NCBI GenBank assembly: GCA_048550195.1 | Contig: JBLYYR010000200.1 | Coordinates: forward strand, 3,721 to 67,720 | Length of the DNA stretch: 64,000 nt | DNA from: Arenicellales bacterium | GTDB lineage: Bacteria; Pseudomonadota; Gammaproteobacteria; BMS3Bbin11 | Reading direction: 5' to 3' | The notes under the pieces: generated by a model | Told to the model about the DNA's origin: nothing | The model's input: the letters and a program-made list of their open reading frames with translations, nothing else | Databases searched by the model: none | Position numbers and translations under genes: made by a program | In this document: positions 57,877 to 64,000 of the stretch, one piece after another | Position numbering within the stretch: the first letter of the stretch is position 1 | Layout: the number at the start of each line of letters is the position of its first letter

Positions 57877-57910
57877 AAAAAAGGCGCACCGGGCGGTGCG
57901 CCAAAAAAAA
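57877..57910. terminator. palindromic terminator hairpin GGCGCACCgggcGGTGCGCC flanked by A/T runs; effective on minus strand for sqr
   Basis: same GGCGCAC...GTGCGCC stem as the 50485-50502 terminator. Confidence 0.75.
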
Positions 57911-57930
57911 TCTTCAGGAGGACCTGAGGA

Positions 57931-59217
<1,287 letters not shown>

Positions 59218-59251
59218 TTAAAAATAAATATTTAGTTCACAGAAAACTGAT

Positions 59252-59285
59252 GACACATGACATTAACATGCCATGTCATGACACG
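59252..59285. promoter_or_regulatory. inverted repeat CATGACAT-N10-ATGTCATG flanked by direct TGACAC, ~50-80 nt upstream of the sqr start codon: candidate operator
   Basis: tgacacatgacattaacatgccatgtcatgacac. Confidence 0.35.
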
Positions 59286-59390
59286 GTTGCCACGTTACAG
59301 CCTGCTCTTTGTCTTGGTTTCAGGCTTTCTGTCCGTTTTTGTATAACTAAATTTTATTGAAGGAAGAATCGTGCCAACTTGTACACGCGA

Positions 59391-59494
59391 TAAAAAAAAC
59401 CTCAATCCGGGGGTAATGGATTGAGGTTAACAGGGTTCTGTTTTGCCAGAACCTTCCGCTCAGGGAGGAAAAGCGGAAACACATCTAGCGATGT
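59391..59494 (-). ncRNA. candidate sRNA downstream of polA on the same strand (Spot42/ErsA positional analogue): 4 stem-loops, CU-rich loop, intrinsic terminator; sigma-E-type promoter GGAACTA-N17-TCTGA at 59501-59529
   Basis: minus strand: ACAUCgcuaGAUGU, UUCCGCUuuuccucccugAGCGGAA, GGUUCUGgcaaaaCAGAACC, AACCUCAAUCCauuacccccGGAUUGAGGUU then UUUUUUUU. Confidence 0.5.
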
Positions 59495-59925
59495 AAAAAC
59501 TCAGACAAGTACCTTTATCGAATAGTTCCCGCACAAAGCTTGTTATAATTATTCTGAATTACGTTTTAGATACTAGCTGTTACGTCACTGCTGTCCAGAT
59601 AAATGGCTGTGATACGCATACAATGCATTGATTAAACAAGGAATAGTCGTTTTCAGGGTGATTGAAGGCATGAAGCACCTGCATTTATCCGAAGCAGATT
59701 TGCAAATCATGCCTTGCAAAAACATAACGCTTTTGACCTTCCTGCATTCCCTGCGACCCTCGCGAGAGAACTCTTTTTTGTGCAGGTTTGGGGCGGCTGT
59801 TTTTCATGTCTCCGAAGCCTTAAGCTCCCGTAATAGCAGCACTCTCAATACTTACTCATCGGTTGATATTTCTTTGTGGGACAGTAATGGTGTTACGTGA
59901 AACCGAATACGTATAACTAAAGCCG

Positions 59926-62604
59926 TTAATGCGCCTCATCCCAATTAGCCCCTACCCCGACATCAACCAGCAAGGGAACCCGCAAGTCAGCAATTCCTGT
60001 CATCAGAGCCTGAATTTTGTCACTGGCATCTGAAACCTGACCGGCCGGTACTTCAAATATCAGCTCATCATGCACCTGCATAATCATCCTGATATCCTGC
60101 GCTTCATGCTGGATCCAGTTATCCACTGCCATCATTGCCATCTTGATCAGGTCGGCAGCAGTACCCTGCATCGGCGCATTGATGGCGGTGCGTTCGGCAT
60201 ATTGCCGGCGCATGCCGTTGCCGGAGTTTATTTCAGGCAGATAAAGCCGACGACCATAGACAGTTTCCACGTAGCCCTGTTCATGCGCCAGCTTACGGGT
60301 TTCATCCATGTATTTTTTTACGCCGGGGTATCGCTCGAAATACAGATCGATGTACTCCTGTGCTTCGCCGCGCTCAAGGTTAAGCTGCTGAGCCAGGCCG
60401 AAGGCCGACATGCCATAAATCAGGCCAAAGTTGATCGCCTTGGCAGAACGTCGCTGATCGACTGTCACCTCATCCAGCGGAATGGCAAAGACCTCGCTGG
60501 CGGTTGCCTTATGAACATCTGCACCGTCAGAAAATGCCTTCAACAGGCCATCATCTCCGGATAGATGCGCCATGATGCGCAGCTCTACCTGCGAATAATC
60601 TGCAGACACCATGAGAAACCCGTCATCGGGAACAAAGGCCTGCCGTATTCGCCTGCCCTCTTTCGACCTGACAGGAATATTCTGTAGATTCGGGTCAGAT
60701 GATGATAAGCGTCCGGTCGCAGCAACGGCCTGGTGATACGAGGTATGTACACGCCCGGTTCTGGGGTTAATCATCAGCGGCAGTTTATCGGTGTAGGTAG
60801 AGCGCAGCTTACTCATAGAGCGGTATTCGAGAATAAGGCGCGGCAGGTCATAGTCTGGTGCCAACTCCTGCAGCACAGCCTCCGCAGTTGATGGCTGGCC
60901 TTTCGGCGTCTTTTTTATGACCGGCAGCCCCAGCTTGTTAAACAAAATATCCTGTAGCTGTGCCGGCGAGCCCAGATTGAACTCCTGACCAGCTGCTTCG
61001 TGGGCCTGCCGTTCAAGATCCACTATGGCCTGCGCAAGCTCAGAGCTTTGGCGCTTTAGCATCCCCGCATCAATACGCACACCGTTGCGCTCCACCTTCG
61101 CCAGTATCGGCAACAGAGGCATTTCAATTTCACGATAAACAAATGTCAGTTTTTCATGTTTTTCCAGTGCCGGCCACAGGCGCTCATGCAGGCGCAGGGT
61201 GATATCGGCATCTTCCGCCGCATAGGGTGAGGCCTGTTCCAGTGCTATGTCATTAAATTTGAGCTGCTTCTTGCCCTTGCCGGCAATGTCTTCGAAATGA
61301 ATGGTTTTATGCCCCAGATGCTTCATTGCCAGGGTATCCATATCATGCCGGGATGCCGTGCTGTCCAGTACATAGGATTCCAGCATGGTGTCGTGCTCGA
61401 CACCCTTAAGCGTAATCGCATAGTTGGCCAGCACCTTCATATCATATTTGAGGTTCTGGCCGATCTTTTTGAGCCCTTCATTTTCCAGCAACGGCTTCAT
61501 CTGCAGCAGCACCTGCTCACGATCAAGTTGCTCCGGCGCACCGGGATAATCATGGGCCAGTGGAACGTAGGCCGCCCTGCCAGCCTCAATGGCAAAGGAC
61601 AGACCAACGATTTCGGCCTGCATGGCATCCAGGTCCGTGGTCTCGGTGTCGAACGCAAAAATACCTTCCTGCTGTATCTTATTTAACCAGACATCCAGTG
61701 AAGACTGATCCAGCAGCGTATCGTATTCGGCATCAGCACTCAGCTCATCATTCGCACCACCCAGTTCCGTCAGCCAGGTCTTGAACTGCAGCTGCGCATA
61801 GAGATCTTTAAGGCGTGATTCATCGGCCGCATTAATCTTTAATTCATCCAGCTTGAGCGGAAGATCAAGCTGACAACGTATGGTGACCAGGTCACGGGAA
61901 AGCGGAAGAAACTCCAGCGAATCACGCAAATTCTCACCCAGTTTACCTTTGACCTCATCGGCACGTTGCATCAATGTATCGAGATCACCAAATTCTTCAA
62001 GCAGCTTCACTGCCGTTTTTGGCCCAACCTTGGGGACACCGGGTATATTGTCAGCAGTATCACCCACCAGTGTCAGGTAATCGATAAACTTATCGGCAGG
62101 CACGCCAAAGCGTGTCTTAACACCGTCAATATCCGTCACCCTGTTATCCATCGTATTGACCAGGGTGACATGCTGATTGACCAGCTGTGCCATATCCTTA
62201 TCGCCAGTCGATATCAGGACATCAGCCGAGTTCGCCACCGCCTGTGACGCCAGGGTACCGATCACGTCATCGGCCTCAACACCTTCAATCACCAGCAAGG
62301 GCAGCCCCATTGCCTCAATAATTTCATAGAGAAAAGGCACCTGGCTGCGCATCTCATCCGGCATTGGCGGCCGATTAGCCTTGTACTCTTGGTACAGATC
62401 ATTGCGAAATGTTTTGCCTTTGGCATCAAATACCATGGCAATATATTCCGGCTGATACTGCTTCAGGAGACTACGCGTCATGTTAATAACACCGTAGATG
62501 GCGCCGGTGGGCTGGCCTTCAGAATTATTCAGGCCCGGCATGGCGTGGAAGGCACGGTAGAGGTACGACGATCCGTCGACCAGAATTATAGGAGCTTTAG
62601 GCAT
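59926..62604 (-). CDS. polA: DNA polymerase I
   Basis: 892 aa; 5'-3' exonuclease, 3'-5' exo and pol domains (motif A DYSQIELR, motif B RRSAKAINFGLIYG, motif C HDE). Confidence 0.95.
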   Translation of the reverse strand: MPKAPIILVDGSSYLYRAFHAMPGLNNSEGQPTGAIYGVINMTRSLLKQYQPEYIAMVFDAKGKTFRNDLYQEYKANRPPMPDEMRSQVPFLYEIIEAMGLPLLVIEGVEADDVIGTLASQAVANSADVLISTGDKDMAQLVNQHVTLVNTMDNRVTDIDGVKTRFGVPADKFIDYLTLVGDTADNIPGVPKVGPKTAVKLLEEFGDLDTLMQRADEVKGKLGENLRDSLEFLPLSRDLVTIRCQLDLPLKLDELKINAADESRLKDLYAQLQFKTWLTELGGANDELSADAEYDTLLDQSSLDVWLNKIQQEGIFAFDTETTDLDAMQAEIVGLSFAIEAGRAAYVPLAHDYPGAPEQLDREQVLLQMKPLLENEGLKKIGQNLKYDMKVLANYAITLKGVEHDTMLESYVLDSTASRHDMDTLAMKHLGHKTIHFEDIAGKGKKQLKFNDIALEQASPYAAEDADITLRLHERLWPALEKHEKLTFVYREIEMPLLPILAKVERNGVRIDAGMLKRQSSELAQAIVDLERQAHEAAGQEFNLGSPAQLQDILFNKLGLPVIKKTPKGQPSTAEAVLQELAPDYDLPRLILEYRSMSKLRSTYTDKLPLMINPRTGRVHTSYHQAVAATGRLSSSDPNLQNIPVRSKEGRRIRQAFVPDDGFLMVSADYSQVELRIMAHLSGDDGLLKAFSDGADVHKATASEVFAIPLDEVTVDQRRSAKAINFGLIYGMSAFGLAQQLNLERGEAQEYIDLYFERYPGVKKYMDETRKLAHEQGYVETVYGRRLYLPEINSGNGMRRQYAERTAINAPMQGTAADLIKMAMMAVDNWIQHEAQDIRMIMQVHDELIFEVPAGQVSDASDKIQALMTGIADLRVPLLVDVGVGANWDEAH

Positions 62605-62605
62605 T

Positions 62606-62640
62606 TATTCACGATTTACAATTTACAATTTACGGAAGTA
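62606..62640. repeat. degenerate REP-like repeat copy 8 (gatttaca atttaca atttacg)
   Basis: direct reading. Confidence 0.45.
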
Positions 62641-62827
62641 TATGTGATTCCTGGCCTCATTGTTAAATTGTCACCCTGTTTCAATATTATTTGCAGGAGA
62701 ACACCCCTCGTGTGTTTCTCCTGGTAAAGAATTCAATCACAATGCTTTTTTCGTCGCGAGGGGGAGGCACCTTCTGCTAATTGTGAAAATATTTTCTTTA
62801 CGCCCTGCATCATGCTAAATATGAGGC

Positions 62828-63556
62828 ATGACTAAAATTAAGATAAACCCATCGAAAGCACCGCTACCCTACATCTCAACCCGAAAACTTTCACGCCAGT
62901 CATGGAAGATCTTTCAGATCATGGCCGAGTTTGTCGAAGGCTATGAAAGGCTGGCAGAAATACACCCTTCGGTCAGTATCTTTGGCTCTGCCCGTTTCGC
63001 TCCGGATCATCCGTCCAGCCAGTTAACTGAAGAGATAGCACTAAAGTTATCCAATGCAGGCTTCTCGGTTGTCAGCGGTGGCGGGCCGGGCATTATGGAA
63101 GCGGCAAACAAAGGTGCATTTGAAGGAAAATCACCGAGCATCGGCCTGAATATCGAATTGCCCCACGAGCAAAATCCCAATCCATACCAGGATGTAGCAC
63201 TAACATTTCATCACTTTTTCTCGCGCAAGGTCATGTTCGTAAAATTTGCCACTGCCTATGTAGTGATGCCCGGTGGATTCGGCACGCTGGATGAGCTTGC
63301 TGAGATGCTAACCCTGGTGCAAACCGGCAAGTCACGCCGCATACCCATTATTCTTGTCGATTCCGGTTTCTGGTCTGGTCTCGTAAGCTGGTTTAGCAGC
63401 ACGCTGGTTAAGGCAGGCACCATCTCCGAATCTGATCTGGATCTTATTCAAATTATTGATGACCCGGATCAGGTGGTAGAAGCGATATTCCGCTATTACG
63501 AGCACCGTCGCTTTGAGCCCACGGAAGAAGAAGCAGAGCTACAGTTAAACCTTTAG
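62828..63556 (+). CDS. LOG-family (TIGR00730) Rossmann-fold protein; true start may be the internal MAEFVEG
   Basis: GGGPGIMEA and PGGFGTLDE motifs. Confidence 0.75.
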   Translation: MTKIKINPSKAPLPYISTRKLSRQSWKIFQIMAEFVEGYERLAEIHPSVSIFGSARFAPDHPSSQLTEEIALKLSNAGFSVVSGGGPGIMEAANKGAFEGKSPSIGLNIELPHEQNPNPYQDVALTFHHFFSRKVMFVKFATAYVVMPGGFGTLDELAEMLTLVQTGKSRRIPIILVDSGFWSGLVSWFSSTLVKAGTISESDLDLIQIIDDPDQVVEAIFRYYEHRRFEPTEEEAELQLNL

Positions 63557-63625
63557 GGCACCTTCTATTAATTCTGGATAGATCAGATTGTATTCCAAGT
63601 CTTTCATATCAAGGCAAGGATCGCA

Positions 63626-63722
63626 CGCAATCGCTGGCTATTGCGAAGATTCTTAACGCAGAAAGGGACGATTTGGGATGGAAGATGAATATCCATAGAT
63701 TATAATAGATGCGCCCTTTAGA
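63626..63722 (+). repeat. ~95-bp repeat element, copy B (hairpin cgcaatcgc/gctattgcg, AAGATTCTTAACGCAGAA core, TATAAT box at 63701-63706)
   Basis: 27-bp identity with copy A plus alignable downstream 60 bp. Confidence 0.75.
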
Positions 63723-64000
63723 TCAAAAAAACAATAAATGCGATCAAGTTTCTGTAGCAGAATCAACCATCCCTCTTTTGCCTTTTACCTTTCATCTGGC
63801 TTTCCACCTTGCGTTGCAGGGATGATGGTAGTGTAATAGCAACAAACCTTCCTGCAAGGACATATCAATGACTTAACTCCTGATTTTCACATTCCTTCTT
63901 TTCCCGTTGATTGCAGCGGCGCAGGGTTATGAGCAGCCTGAAGATACTCCACCGCCCACTCCGTCGCAGTCAAATAATGCAGATGAGCCAGGGGGTTTCG

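Noticed and set aside
59628-59900. 90-aa ORF in the polA 3' flank
   Set aside because: It has a TTG start and no RBS, with random-looking composition. The region is better explained as polA 3' UTR or the sRNA promoter region.
63860-64000. Possible start of a plus-strand gene at the window end (LLIFTFLLFPLIAAAQGYEQPEDTPPPTPS...)
   Set aside because: It reads like a signal peptide, but it has no clear ATG (only TTG/CTG options right after a stop) and is cut by the window edge, so it cannot be supported.

Overview
This window looks like a chromosomal segment from a gammaproteobacterium with about 50% GC. Judging from sqr, a TtrS-like sensor, cop/cus genes and Gly/Tyr-rich secreted proteins, it is probably a sulfur-oxidising or metal-exposed organism. 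Coding density is high and there are no rRNA genes, tRNA genes or CRISPR arrays. Recognisable genes are: uup (5' partial), a VOC-family protein, a DUF885 protein, an osmC-family gene fused to the trpE-trpG-trpD-trpC operon, gph and rpe, gltA, nadA, djlA, copZ-copA plus a DUF2892 gene, fnr/anr plus a second Crp/Fnr regulator, a MEMO1::AMMECR1 fusion, an AI-2E transporter, cusC-cusB-cusA plus a DUF3240 (P-II-like) gene, yqcC, rluE, hrpA, a DUF302 protein, an Atm1-like ABC exporter, a ModA-like binding protein, a TtrS/TtrR-like two-component pair, an SPFH/NfeD pair, thrH, thioredoxin, sqr, polA and a LOG-family protein. There is also a TetR / MMPL(RND) / LolA-like / outer membrane protein cluster. 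The accessory-looking content worth a second look is listed next. (1) Three signal-peptide proteins made almost entirely of Gly/Tyr/Pro repeats, which are candidates for sulfur-globule-like structural proteins. (2) Two tandem paralogous membrane GTPase-DUF697 proteins next to a DUF2333-like gene. (3) A structured, sigma-E-promoted candidate sRNA immediately downstream of polA, in the Spot42/ErsA position. (4) A candidate Trp-rich trp leader peptide. (5) A Cys/His-rich secreted protein, an internally duplicated double-CxxC thioredoxin-fold protein and a CusB with a duplicated Met-rich N-terminal motif in the copper island. (6) At least four families of intergenic repeats. These are TTACGTAA-core REP-like elements at 8 sites (one supplying the stop codon of rluE); a roughly 95-bp hairpin plus TATAAT element in 3 copies (one sitting as a 39-bp palindrome in the cop promoter); a roughly 400-bp MITE-like element with (TCGTATG)n terminal inverted repeats; and GGCGCACC...GGTGCGCC terminator hairpins. 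All calls rest on motif recognition and gene context read directly from the sequence. No database searches were run.
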